A stretch of DNA of 48,473 nt, from positions 1 through 48,473 of the forward strand of contig NW_021834427.1 in the NCBI RefSeq assembly GCF_006345805.1. Direction: 5' to 3'. The position numbers were made by a program, and so were the translations under genes. Shown in pieces: positions 11,773 through 23,639 of this stretch (within the stretch, counting starts at the first letter, position 1; each line of letters begins with the position of its first letter). Under the pieces are notes generated by a model. It ran no database searches. It had not been told where the DNA came from and saw nothing but the letters and a program-made list of their open reading frames with translations. The stretch comes from Octopus sinensis (taxonomy: Eukaryota).

Positions 11773-12582
11773 TCCCTATAGTTTCCTGTTTGCTATATTT
11801 GTTTAATATTCCTGTTTTATGCAATGGAAATTATGATTAAAATATTTCCCAAAATTTCAGTTGTTTGTTTTGTTTTTGCAATATTCACCTCCCACTCCAT
11901 CGTTGACCACTCATGCAGTTTCCTTTCCATGGTGTAAGGACCTCTTATACCAAATCTCCTCCTCCTCACACCCCTACACATTATTCTTTCTTGAATATTG
12001 CATCTTGTAATTACAGTATATTTATTGTTTATTGTATTTTAGATGCTTCACTCATTAAATATGCCAGCCAGGTGAAGGGTGACATAATGGTTGATCAGGG
12101 AAGTTTCCAGAGCTATAAAAGCAGGAGAAACCAGAAAGGAAGAATATGAGGCATATGTATAGTTTAGTGCCCCACACTAGATGGATTCCTTGTTAGTTTC
12201 TGAATAATGGTTTCTTCAAATTAAACTTTTCTGAGATAAGTTTTCAAAGGTCCAGATTAAGATTATTTTCATAAACTTGAGAACAAACGTTTTGGAAGGG
12301 ATTCTTATTATGAACCCCACCCTGTTTTTGTCAACCCTAACTTCATAACTTCGGGAACCCTACAAGACTTGATCAACTAAAAATCTGGTGGCACACCAGC
12401 CAGACTGGCTACATTCTCACTAGAAAGCAGAACAGGCAGATACTTGTGAATTCCCAGTTCTTCCCAGGTAAAGAATGGAATTAACAACATGGGTTGGCAG
12501 TGAGTGATTTGAGACGTAGAGCTTGAAGGTCTGAGAGATTTCAACCCGTCTAAAAATGGAAGGCCTAGAAATTTAGGGATTC

Positions 12583-13055
12583 TTAAGCCTTTTGTTTCCA
12601 TATTTCTGTTGAGATACTCTGTGTTTCTTTCAATTAATTTTAAATATAACAAAGAATTATTAAAATAATGTAGTCATCATTAAGCTAGAGTAAGGAACAA
12701 ATTGCAATTAAGATTTGGTGGAAGATTTTAATTCAGATCTTTTGAAAACGAGACATTTGTACTACAGAGGCAAATTCAGCAGGGCTGGTATCAAATGGGT
12801 TAACAATTGTTTCTGTATTATATATTTTAACCCTTTTGTTAGCATATTTCTTTTGAGATGCTCTGTGTTTCTTTCAATAATTTTAAATATAACAAAGAAT
12901 TTTGTAAAATAACTTAGTTATCATTAAGCTGGTGTTAGGAACATAAATTGTGACTAAGGTTTGGTGGAAGATTTTAATTCAGATCTTTTGAAAACAAGAC
13001 ATTTGTATTACAGAGCCTGAGGCAGTGTCAGGCAGGTTGGTCATGAAAGGGTTAA
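12583..13055 (-). mobile_element. Second piggyBac-like MITE dimer
   Basis: Reverse-complement homolog of 2025-2501 with TTAA ends and the same 23-bp spacer (12804-12826). Confidence 0.8.
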
Positions 13056-13401
13056 AAGCAGTTGGAGAAGAACTAATGAAAGACTTTGAGAAAAACGGGG
13101 AGATGAATGACAATTGGAATATCCATTGAAGTAGTTTGTGTAGAGCTGCAGAACAAATATGCAGCTGGTGCAAACTATTATATTTGTTTTTGTGTATGAA
13201 TAAATCTAAAGTCATTGACTGGTGATTTTCTGTTATACGTAGAAGGAATTTCGACAGGAAAGCATGTCACTCTATGCTATAAAAGGCAGGGAAGAGGTTG
13301 GCGTCAAGAAAGATTATTAAACTATAAACAACACTTTAAAAAACGGGGCCCACGATGAATGGATTAATTGTTGCTGTGGATCGAACCTACTGTTTGTGGA
13401 A

Positions 13402-13690
13402 GGGAGATAATTAGTCTTTGATGTATTATTTTGAGACGCATGCGCATTGAACGTGGTTTCTACTTGATGTTGACTTCCGGGTCAAACGTCCTTCGAATGA
13501 ATTTCTTTTAATCAGCTGATAATAATAATAATACATTTATAACACTTAAAATACGTACTTATAATGCATTTCTCAACTGCCATATACACACGTATATAAA
13601 CAACACTGTCCTCTATGAAACATTTGCGTAAGTATTAAACAATGAAAAGATTCAATGTTTTCTTTAATTTTCGGTGTTTGGCGCGTAATT
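13402..13690 (+). promoter_or_regulatory. Predicted promoter, exon 1 and splice donor of ZNF B2
   Basis: Paralog of 8697-9000. CGCATGCGCA at 13437, ACTTCCGG at 13473, GTAAGT at 13628, TTTGGCGCG at 13677. Confidence 0.6.
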
Positions 13691-13719
13691 ATTTGCTCCT
13701 CTTCTCTCTTTTATGAATC

Positions 13720-13912
13720 ATTTGTGCAAGATTTGGCTGCTATTTCTAGCTAAGGAAGAGAGATGTCTAAGACTTGTGCGGGATTTGGCTGCTATTTCTT
13801 GCTATGGGAGAGAGATGTATTTGAATTGTGTGGGATTTGGCTGCTATTTCTAGCTATGGGAGACAGATGTCTATGAATTGTGCGGGTTTTGGATGCTATT
13901 TCTAGCTATGGA
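13720..13912. repeat. ~52-bp minisatellite, about 4 units
   Basis: Same unit and same position relative to the promoter as 9030-9465. Confidence 0.85.
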
Positions 13913-14049
13913 AGCTACCTTCTGCCCTGTCCGTTGTTGCATGGTTACATCGTTGTGTGTTTTAGTTTGAGAAATATTCTCAAACACTTTCCAACCACTG
14001 AAATGTCTGGAAATCAGTGCTTTATTTTAGTTTATCGATTGTTTCTCAG

Positions 14050-14380
14050 TATTACTATCGGGTACTATATAAGAAGAATGGTCCCGGGGCGCGCACTCGC
14101 ATGTCCGCGCTAGCTAGTCTTGACTAGTTGATCCATCCTTTGTGTTTTATTTAATTTGCTTGGTAGTCATTGTAGGATCGACCAGTCACGACTAGCGAGT
14201 GCGCGCACCGGAACCACTGTTCTTAAATAGTACCTTACTATCGATCTCGGTACTGCTAGCGAAGAGTGGTCCCGATGCGCGCATTCGCGTATCCGCGCTA
14301 GCTAGTCGTAAGTAGTCGATCCTACAACGACTTTGGCGTATGCATATGATTTGATTCGCGCATGCGCGATTAAATCGCAA
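14050..14380. repeat. Unclassified CpG-rich element of three related units (+,-,+)
   Basis: ggt(c/t)ccg.(g/t)gcgcgca(c/t)tcgc...ctagtc...gatcc occurs near 14080 (+), 14175-14215 (-) and 14268 (+). A related motif lies at 43535-43570. Confidence 0.7.
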
Positions 14381-14459
14381 AGCAATTAATTTTTATGAAC
14401 AAACTAAGGTTTTTTTTTAAATATCTATAATTTTTTTACACAAATTACATAATATTTTG

Positions 14460-14880
14460 CGGATATTTTCGGTTTGAACGGCAGTTTGTAATAATTTCTA
14501 GGTAACTAAACACTTTTAAACTCCGTATACTGGTAGAATGTGTTTATAAAACATCTTTTTCTCTTGGCTTTATTGAGAAAATTCTACGGTTTGTAAGATA
14601 TTTGTGGGTTTTTTTCTTCAATTTCTGCAATTTCAACCAATCAATTACCTCTATTGAGGTAAAAAAAAAAAACCATTCTGTGCCGTATGAAAATGTCCCT
14701 CGTTTAAGAAACAGATTGGGTTTATTTACATTTCTAAAGAAAAAAAATATACCCTTCCCCCACAACTAACCCTAAAAGAGATTGAAATGCAATAGATCGA
14801 TACTAGGGTCATAATTGTGGGTGACATTTTCATTTGACACCACTAGAAAAAACTCCCATTTTTTCTAGCGGTGTCATATA
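14460..14880. mobile_element. GGGATC-TIR MITE, one end missing
   Basis: Starts ggatattttcggtttgaacggcagttt. Body matches 22842-23251. Confidence 0.8.
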
Positions 14881-15464
14881 AAATTTACCTTAAGAAATCG
14901 TCATTTGTTAAGGTAAATGTTTTTTTCTACAGTTTATCTCCATAGGATTGAATCTGTATTTTTTAAGTAGCCTCTACATTTTACGCTGTTGTTTCTCTAT
15001 AATTTCAGAACATCAGATGACAGAAGAAGAATCCTAAATATCTACAAGGTTTTAAAGACTAAAGGAAAATATTATACAAAACGGATATATAACATTGTTT
15101 CTACCAATCTGTCTCTTGAAAAATATTTGCTCTGGAATAATAATATTAGCAACATTTCTGAGCATCTCTGACTGGAATGTCAGGAAAAAGTGCTTGCGTG
15201 CTGATTAAAGTTGGATAAATTTATGGAAGTGTTGCTAAACAACGGTAACACTGGACAGAAATACAGCAGCAGAAGTGTACGTAAGGAGTAAAGTATAAAA
15301 ACGAAAGCAAGAAAAATATATTAACTGGGATTTGAGAGGAAAAGTAATAGAAAAGAGAGAGAAAATTATAGAATTGGTTTTCCCCTGAACACATGAGAAA
15401 ATAGACGAGATCATATGACTGTGATATCTGTACAAAGTCCTTCTCTCGAAAAAGCAACCTAATT

Positions 15465-16772
15465 ATGCACAAACATACTCATACAGGTGAGAAAGTGTAT
15501 CATTGTGATACCTGTGGTGAATCATTCTCTAAGGATAGTAACTTATCTAGACACAAACATATTCATACAGGAGAGAAACCATTGCACTGTGATATCTGTG
15601 GTAAATCATTCTCTAAAAGTAGTGACGTTGCTTTGCACAAACGTACTCATAAGGCAGAGAGATCGTATTGTGATATCTGTGGTAAATCATTCTCTCAAAG
15701 CAGTCACTTAACTAGACACAAACGTACCCATACAGGGGAGAAACCATATCACTGCGATATCTGTGGTAAATCATTCTCTCAAAGTATTCACTTATCTACA
15801 CATGTACGTATTCATACGGGAGAGAAACCATATCACTGTGATATCTGTGATAGATCATTCTCTAGCAGTAGTCACTTATCTAAACACAAATATATTCATA
15901 CAGGAGAGAAGCCATATCACTGTGATATCTGTGGTAAATCATTTTCCCAAAATAATGTCTTAACTATACACAAGACTATTCATACAGGCGAGAAGCAGTA
16001 TCGTTGTGATATTTGTGGTAAATCATTCTCTGACAGTACTGCGTTAACAAAGCACACTCGTACTCACACAGGAGAAAAACCATATCATTGTGATATCTGT
16101 GGTAAATCATTCTCTGAAAATACTGCATTAACAAAACACAGTCGTATTCATACAGGAGAGAAACCATATCACTGTAATATCTGTGGTAAATCATTCTCTC
16201 AAAATTATATCTTAACGTCACACAAACGTACTCACACGGGAGCGAAACCATATCATTGTGATATTTGTGGTAAAACATTCTCTCAAAGTGGTCACTTATC
16301 TACACACATGCGTATTCATACAGGTGAGAAACCATATCGTTGTGATATCTGTGGTAAATCATTCTCTCGAAACAATGTTTTAACCATACACAAACATATT
16401 CATACAGGAGAGAGATCATATCATTGTGATATCTGTGGTAAATCATTCTCTCAAAATTATATCTTGAAGTCACACCAACGTATTCATACAGGAGCAAAGC
16501 CATATCATTGTGATATCTGTGATAAATCATTCTCTCAAAGTGGTCACTTGTCTACACACATACGTACTCATACAGGAGAGAAACCATATCAATGTGACAT
16601 CTGTGGTAAATCATTCTCTCAAAATAGTGTCTTAATTATACACAAACATATTCATACAGGAGAGACACCTTATCATTGTGATATTTGTGGTAAATCATTC
16701 TCTGATAAGAGTAACTTCAGAAGACACAAACATCTTCATACAGGAGAGAAAGCAAAAGGATCGTGTGTGTAG
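15465..16772 (+). CDS. C2H2 zinc-finger protein B2 (15 tandem fingers)
   Basis: Intact 435-aa ORF. Flanks 14905-15465 and 16770-17290 are paralogous to the B1 flanks. Predicted acceptor TTTCAG at 15008. Confidence 0.92.
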   Translation: MHKHTHTGEKVYHCDTCGESFSKDSNLSRHKHIHTGEKPLHCDICGKSFSKSSDVALHKRTHKAERSYCDICGKSFSQSSHLTRHKRTHTGEKPYHCDICGKSFSQSIHLSTHVRIHTGEKPYHCDICDRSFSSSSHLSKHKYIHTGEKPYHCDICGKSFSQNNVLTIHKTIHTGEKQYRCDICGKSFSDSTALTKHTRTHTGEKPYHCDICGKSFSENTALTKHSRIHTGEKPYHCNICGKSFSQNYILTSHKRTHTGAKPYHCDICGKTFSQSGHLSTHMRIHTGEKPYRCDICGKSFSRNNVLTIHKHIHTGERSYHCDICGKSFSQNYILKSHQRIHTGAKPYHCDICDKSFSQSGHLSTHIRTHTGEKPYQCDICGKSFSQNSVLIIHKHIHTGETPYHCDICGKSFSDKSNFRRHKHLHTGEKAKGSCV

Positions 16773-17644
16773 TGTCTTCTTTGCTATATTTGTTTAAAAC
16801 ACAGAAAGTGTTTTATGCAATAGAAATTATCATTAAAGTTTTAAAGTTTTTTTGTTTTGTTGTTTGCAATATTCACCTCACACTCCATCCTTGACCACTC
16901 ATGCAGTTTCCTTTCCAGGTTGTAAGGACCTCTTATACCAAATCTCCTCCTCCTCACACCCCCACACATTATTCTTTCTTGTATATTGCATCTTGTAATT
17001 ACAGTATATTTATTGTTTATTGTATTTTGAATGCTTCACTCATTAAATACGTTATACAATGACATAAGTTGTTAATTATTTTATACTCAGGAATATTGTA
17101 AAGTTGTCAATATCTACATAAACAATGACCCCCCTTTCCCCCGGATACAAAAGAGAAGCGACCACAAAGGAAGAACATAAGGCATATGTACAGTTTAGTG
17201 CCCCACGCCAGACTGATTCCTTGTTAGCTTTTCAATAATGGTTTCTTTAAATTAAACTTTACAGAGTTGAGTTTTCAAATGTACCAGATTGAGATTATTT
17301 TCAGAAAACTGAGAATAAACATTTTGGAGGAGATTCTTATTCTCAACCCCACCATGATTTTTGTCAACCTTTCGAACATGGAGAGACCTACCACATTTTT
17401 TTCTCTTTCTCATCATCTCCATCTTTCTCTGTCTCTTTCACAAACACTCTCTCACTCTTACTCTCAATAGAATGTAATTCGAGGCTGATATCTTATCGAA
17501 GTGGGCATCAGTTTTGCTCTATTATCGATTGATGATTCTGGATGTTCTTTGCATCCTTACGTACCAATGTTCTTGGTTTGTTTTACCATTTTAGTACTTT
17601 TCACTTCCGAAAGTCCACTTGTCTCAACAGAGACTTCATTCGTG

Positions 17645-18090
17645 TCATCATCATCATCATTTAACGTCCGCTTTCCATGCTAGCATGGGTTGGACGATTT
17701 TGACTGAGGGCTGGTGAACCAGATGGCTGCACCAGGCTCCAATCTTGATCTGGCACAGTTTCTACAGCTGGATGCCCTTCCTAATGCCAACCACTCTGAG
17801 AGTGTGGTGGGTGCTTTTAACGTGCCACCGGCATGGGGGTCAGTCAGGCGGTACTGGCAATGACCTCGCTCGAATCCTTTTACACATGCCACCAGCAGAG
17901 GTGCCAGTAAGGCGATGCTGGTAACGATCACACTCGAATGGTGCCCTTTTATGTGCCACCGGCATGGAAGCCAGTTGGCTGCTCCGGAAACGATCACGCT
18001 CGGATGGTGCTCTTTGCACCCTACTAGCACGGGGCACAAGTGCCAGTAAGGCGACGCTGGTAATGCTCACGCTCGAATGGTGCCCTTTCA
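17645..18090 (-). mobile_element. SINE/LINE-tail family C with (ATG)n tail
   Basis: catcatcatttaacgtccgctttccatgctagcatgggttggacg...ggatgcccttcctaatgccaaccactc is repeated many times in the window. Confidence 0.8.
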
Positions 18091-18419
18091 TAGGATAAAT
18101 AATTATATAAACATATATATAAATAATAAATATTAGGGAATAAATCCAAATTTACAGGGAAAAAATCAGATTTAGGATTAAATCCAATTTTATAGTAAAA
18201 TATTATAAAATATTATTAGAGACAAAACCACTATTTTGCAAAACAAACAAGGAAAGACTTAATCAATACATAAAATTTTTATAAATAGTCAAAAAAACCG
18301 CCACTACAATTGTTTCTTGTCTTGATCGACAATCTTCAGGTGGACTTCCAATAAGTCAGTTTCAGAATAATAATTTTTAATGATAGTGCATTAAAAATTT
18401 GGTGTTGGAGAAGACTTTT

Positions 18420-18945
18420 ACTGATTCCATGGACATCGAGGCTTACCAATGGAGAACTTCTTAACCAGATCAAGACGAAACTGTCGCTAGAAGCTAGGAT
18501 CACCAAGCATAGATTGGCATATTTTGGTCATATTATGCGGAGAAAATCCCTGGAGAAGGACATCATGCTCGGAATGGTCAGTGGCAAGAGAGGAAGAGGC
18601 TGACCAAGAACCGGCTGGCTTGACACCATCAAGAGTGATACAGGAATGGACATAGCCAATCTGAAGGAAGTGGCCCAGGATAGAACTGACTGGAGGACAT
18701 TGATCCAACAAGTAACCGAGAGTCGACTTTGACTGAGCGGATAGATAGATATTATATTTATGGAATGGTCAGTGGCAAGAGAGGAAGAGGCCGACCAAGA
18801 ACCTGCTGGCTTGACACCATCAAGAGTGATACCGGAATGGACATAGCCAATCTGAAAGAAGCAGCCCAGGATAGAACTGACTGGAGGACACTGATCCAAC
18901 GTGTGACCAAGAGTCGACTTTGACTGAGCTGATAAGATAGATAGC
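18420..18945 (+). mobile_element. Two tandem 3' ends of a BovB-like RTE LINE
   Basis: IPWTSRLTN...LEARITKHRLAYFGHIMRRKSLEKDIMLGMVSGKRGRG.PR..WLDTI...QDRTDWR...SRL with GATA-type tails. A second shorter copy spans 18761-18945. Confidence 0.85.
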
Positions 18946-19214
18946 GGTCAAGTATCATCACTTGGTGTTTCTTTCTTTGTATCGCAGAAATAAGGTTTCC
19001 GTCTAAGCCTGTATTATTTCTCCTATGTTTAAAAACAATGAAGTTTCCATAGAGACAGCTGGACTTCCAGAAGGGAAAAGTACTAGAATAATAAAATAAC
19101 AAACCAAGAGCATTAGTACATAAGCAAGTGAATATATCTACAATCACCAATTGATAATAGTGCAAAAATGAAACTCGCTTTGATAAGACATTCCTAGAGA
19201 AAGAAAATTGTTTG

Positions 19215-19364
19215 CATCATCATCATCAATTAACATCCGTTTTCCATGCTAGTTTGGGTTGGACGGTTTGACTGGAGCCTGGTGCAGCCTCTATGGCTTA
19301 CCAGGCCCAGGTCGAACCGTCCAACCCATGCTAGCATGGAAAACGGACGTTAAATGATGATGAT
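19215..19364. repeat. Foldback formed from the family C 3' end
   Basis: 19215-19272 is an inverted copy of 19311-19364 around a 38-nt loop. Confidence 0.85.
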
Positions 19365-19429
19365 ATCTTTATTATGGAAATTGTGGAACAAATTGATAAA
19401 ACAACGAATTTCTCTCAACTTTTGGGCAG

Positions 19430-19665
19430 CCTCGCCTGGCCCCTGTGCCGGTGGCACATAAAAAGCACCATCCGAATGTGGCCGATTCCAGCGCCGCCTT
19501 AAATGGCTTCTGTGCTGGTGGCACGTAAAAAGCACCCACTACACTCACGGAGTGGTTGGTGTTAGGAAGGGCATCCAGCTGTAGAAACACTGCCAGATCA
19601 GACTGGAGCCTGGTGCAGACCCCGTGCAAACACGGACGTTAAACGATGATGATGATGATGATGAT
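19430..19665 (+). mobile_element. Family C copy
   Basis: ggagtggttggtgttaggaagggcatccagctgtagaaac ... (gat)n tail. Confidence 0.75.
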
Positions 19666-19774
19666 AAATTATTTGCTCCATATTGAAATTATATATGTAT
19701 ATATATATATTAATGAATCAATTAATTAATGATTTTACCAAGTATATCGTTACGTTAAAATAACCTTTATAGGT

Positions 19775-20030
19775 TAGTATGCTCCACTGGATGTGTTATG
19801 TAAGTGTACATATTTGAGAGAGAAGTTAGGCATGAGAGGAATTTGTTGCTGCGTGCAAGAGAGGAGACTGCAATGGTTTGGTCATGTGATGCTGACAGCT
19901 TCATAAAGAAGTGCTGGTCTCTCAGTGGATGGAAACGGGAGAGCCAGGAAGACATGGGATGAAATACTGAAGAACAACCCTCAGGATTCTCAACCTTTCA
20001 GGTGAGATGAGAAAGGACCTGGATGTACTC
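19775..20030 (+). mobile_element. Degenerate RTE-like LINE 3' fragment
   Basis: Broken frames give LREKLGMRGI...QERRLQWFGHV...RKTWDEILKNN. Confidence 0.6.
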
Positions 20031-20429
20031 AAGAAGATGTGGTTGTGTAAAGTACCCATGGTGGTACCATGTAAAAGTCCCTGTTTGGAGACGGGGAGTA
20101 GCACTTGTGCAGCAACGTGCCAGCGTGGTTCATGTAAAAGCATTCATGTGGTGTCACGTAAAAATGCCCTTGTGGTAGCATATAAAAGTGTCTGTGTGGT
20201 GCCACATAAAAGCATCCAACACACTCTGTAAAGTGGTTCACATCATATGGAGTCTACAAGTAAAGAAATACATTGATTAAAAGAAGTAAAGAAATACATA
20301 TGGAGTCTACAGTCAACAGTGGAATACGTGCAGTGAGTGTAGTTCTTTATGAATGTGAAGACAGTTATTTCTGGATGTATGCATAATTTGAAGGATAAAT
20401 TCGTTTATAATTTAGTAAGTATATAAGAG

Positions 20430-20790
20430 AACCATCCGAACGTGGCCGTAGCCAGCGCTACATCGACTGGCCTCCGTGCCGGTGGCACGTAACAAACACC
20501 ACCCGATCGTGGCTGTTGCCAGCCTCGCCTGGCCTCCGTGCCGGTGACAGGTAAAAAGCACCATCCGAGCGTGGCTGTTCACCAGCCTCGTCTGGTCTGG
20601 CACCTGTGTCGGTAGCACGTAAAAAGCACCCACTACACTCACAGAGTGGTTGGCATTAGGAAGGGCATCCAGCTGTAGAAACACTGCCAGATCTGACTGG
20701 CCTGGTGCAGCCTTCTGGCTTCCCAGACCCCAGTTGAACCGTCCAACCCATGCTAGCATGGAAAACGGATGCTAAATGATGATGATGATA
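20430..20790 (+). mobile_element. Family C copy
   Basis: Same core and (gat)n tail as the other family C copies. Confidence 0.8.
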
Positions 20791-20884
20791 TATGTCAGTG
20801 TACACTGTGGTTACATTGGGGACCTATCCACAGCTCTACATTGATGTTTAACTGTTTAAACGAGGTAGGAGCATGAAGGTCAAA

Positions 20885-21180
20885 GGATGATGATGATGAT
20901 GAAAACACAACAAAGACCAAATCAATGTCACTTAAAACTTTTATTCCTTATTCCCATTCCTTTATTCTCTCCTAACAAGTTCTTCAAAAACTCCAGCACA
21001 ATCATCTTCAAACATCAAAGTTCTCACTGTGTTGATATATTTAGATATATCCATGATACTGAAGTTGATATTCATGAAATTGAAGTTGAATACATGAAGC
21101 TTGAAGAGGGAGACACCTTGTCTGGTAGAAGACAAAAAACTCATAATTGTTGATATGTTGTAATAAATTTTTATATTGAT
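20885..21180 (-). other. Type A 3' module of A5
   Basis: Reverse-complement homolog of 1590-1895. Minus-strand AATAAA at about 20940 and 20961. Confidence 0.7.
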
Positions 21181-21187
21181 AGTTTTA

Positions 21188-21754
21188 CACTTATGTATGA
21201 ATACTCAAATGTCTACTTAAGTGACCTTTTTGAGCGAATGATTTACCACAATGATATGGCCTCTCTCCTGTATGAACAGGTTTGTGAATAGTCAACTGAC
21301 TATTTCTGAAGTATGATTTACCACAGATATCACAAGGATATGGCTCCTCACCTGTATGTGTATATTTGTGTTTAGTCAATTCACTACAAAAAGAGAATGA
21401 TTTACCACAGGTATCACAATGGTGTGGTTTCTCACCTGTATGTGTACATTTGTGGTCACTTAAAATACTACTTTGAGAGAACGATTTACCTCAGATATCA
21501 CAATTATAGGGTATCTCTCCTGTATGTGTACGGTTGTGTTTAATTAAGTTGCTACTATTAGAGAATGATTAACCGCAGATATCACAATGGTATGGCTTTT
21601 CTTCTGTATGTTTATGTTCATGTATAGTCAAGACACCACTCTGACAGAATGATACACTACAGGTATTAGAGTGATATGGTTTCTCACCTGTATCAGGGTT
21701 ATTTGCTTCAGTTAAAGGATTCATCATGAGAGGATAATCTGTCATAAATATCAC
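21188..21754 (-). pseudogene. Inverted type A ZNF pseudogene A5 (about 7 finger remnants)
   Basis: Leader MTDYPLMMNPLTEANNPDTGEKPY. First finger has Cys>Ser, there are in-frame stops (21569 and near 21500), and the terminal finger is FAQKGHLSRHLSIHT*. The conserved acceptor on the minus strand is at 22167-22168. Confidence 0.9.
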
Positions 21755-22244
21755 AATGATAGTGTTTATTTCATTTCTATGAGAATGTTTGTGTTCAGTT
21801 TTGTCACTATTTTTAGGGAATAATTTAATGCCGTTTCTTTCAGCTGAGATCTTGCTTAATATCTAAATCAGGAGGTGACAATTGTCTATGCCTTTGTAAA
21901 GTCATCCAAGCTTGATTAACCTGTAAAGCAATCATCTCCTCTATATTCCAGACAGCAAAGACTTCAAATTGTTGCTGTTAATTCCATCGTCCAGAAGAAA
22001 TATCTCACCATATTTTGTTATAGACTTTCTTTATATAAAAACGTAGATGTATTGATGAATGCTCCTTATAAATATATCGTCTTCCTTTAGTCAATAAAAG
22101 TTGATAAAAACATCAAAGGCACATCTGAATGAAGTAATTTCTTTTATGTCAACAGAATGTGATATTCTGAAACAGAAAAAAAGAGTCAGTGAGATAAAGA
22201 GGATAGTTAAATGACATAGCAATTCAACATTGCAAATATTCTTT

Positions 22245-22605
22245 TCTACTCTAGGCACAAGGCCCATAATTTGGTGGCAGAGAGCCAGTTGATTAGATCA
22301 ACCTTAGTACGCAACTGGTACATAATTTATTGCCCTGGAAAGTTGACCTTGGCAGAATTTGAACTCAGAACGTAACGGCAGACGAAATACCTATTTCTTT
22401 ACTGCCCACAAGGGGCTAAACACAGAGGGGCCAAACAAGGACAGACAAACGGATTAAGTCGATTATATTGACCCCAGTGTGTAACTGATACTTAATCTAT
22501 CGACCCCGAAAGGATGAAAGGCAAAGTTGACCTCGGCAGAATTTGAACTAAAAACTGTAGCGACAGACGAAATATCGCTAAGTATTTCGCCGGGCATACT
22601 AATGT
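22245..22605 (-). mobile_element. Composite SINE family S1 copies
   Basis: Contains cgaccccgaaaggatgaaaggcaaagttgacctcggcagaatttgaac. Confidence 0.75.
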
Positions 22606-22841
22606 ACGACATCAACCCCTTAAACACTCTCAGTCATTTAACGTCAATATTTGCAGGGGTCAGAATTCATTGAGGCATTGAGCCTTTTGCTGCCTCAACT
22701 GGATCTTGTGCCGGTGGCATGTAAAAAGCACGATTCGAACTTGGTTGATGTCAGTGGCATGTAAAGAACACCCACTACACTCTCAGAGTGGTTGGTGTTA
22801 GGAAGTGCATCCAGCTCTAGAAATATTACAAGATCAATTTG

Positions 22842-23251
22842 GGGATCTTTTCCATTTGAATGGCAGTTTTTTAAAATAATTTCCACATAACTAAACACTT
22901 TTAAACTTCGTATACTGGTAGAATGTGTTTATGAAACATCTTTTTCTCTTGGCTTTATTGAGAAAATTCTATAGTTTGTAAAATAATTGTTGTTTTTTTT
23001 CTTCAATTTCAATCAATCAATGACGTCTATTGAGGTGAAAACATTCTGTGCCGTATGAATATGTCCCTCATTTAAGAAACAGATTGGGTTTATTTACATT
23101 TGTCAAGAAAAAAAGATTCCCTTCCCCTCACCCCTAACCCTAACCCGAAAATAGATTGAAATGCAATAGATCAATACTAGGGTCATAATTATGGGTGACA
23201 ATTTCATATGACACCGCTAGAAAAAACTGCCGTTCAAACCGAAAAGATCCC
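22842..23251. mobile_element. Full-length GGGATC-TIR MITE inserted in a family C copy
   Basis: TIRs gggatcttttc..tttgaa.ggcagttttt. Flanks aatttg / aattta form a 6-bp TSD with one mismatch. The family C sequence resumes at 23258. Confidence 0.85.
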
Positions 23252-23639
23252 AATTTAGTGCCTGGTGCAGCCTCCTTGGCTTGCCAGGCCTCAGTCAAAC
23301 CGTCCAACCCATGCCAGCTTTGAAAACAGACGTTGAACGACTCCGAAAGGATGAAAGTGGATCTCATCGGAATGATTTCTTAATTACCCCCCCAGGGGCT
23401 AACATAGAAGGGACATGTTCTTCCGACACCTTGTGCTTCTGGTAGAAAGGATTATCATCGTCATTATTTTTATTCACTCGGCGGCAAGCTCAAATAAGAC
23501 CGCGGCCGAATTCGCCTTTTATCCTCTTCGAGAAATACTCAGGTCCCGCCTGAATGAAACATTGCTGGCCCTGGGTCATAATTTCATATCACACCGCTAG
23601 AAAAAACTGCCGTTCAAACCGAAAAGATCCGTTGAATTC

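Noticed and set aside
10637-16530. Minus-strand ORFs with repeats such as [20 protein letters not shown], and off-frame plus-strand ORFs such as MVNHSLK (also near 27826 and 36522-37592)
   Set aside because: These are shadow frames of the 84-bp zinc-finger repeat and carry no independent coding signal.
18095-18400. Possible Penelope-like termini (also 44965-45110)
   Set aside because: Only short motif resemblance with no coding remnant to support it.
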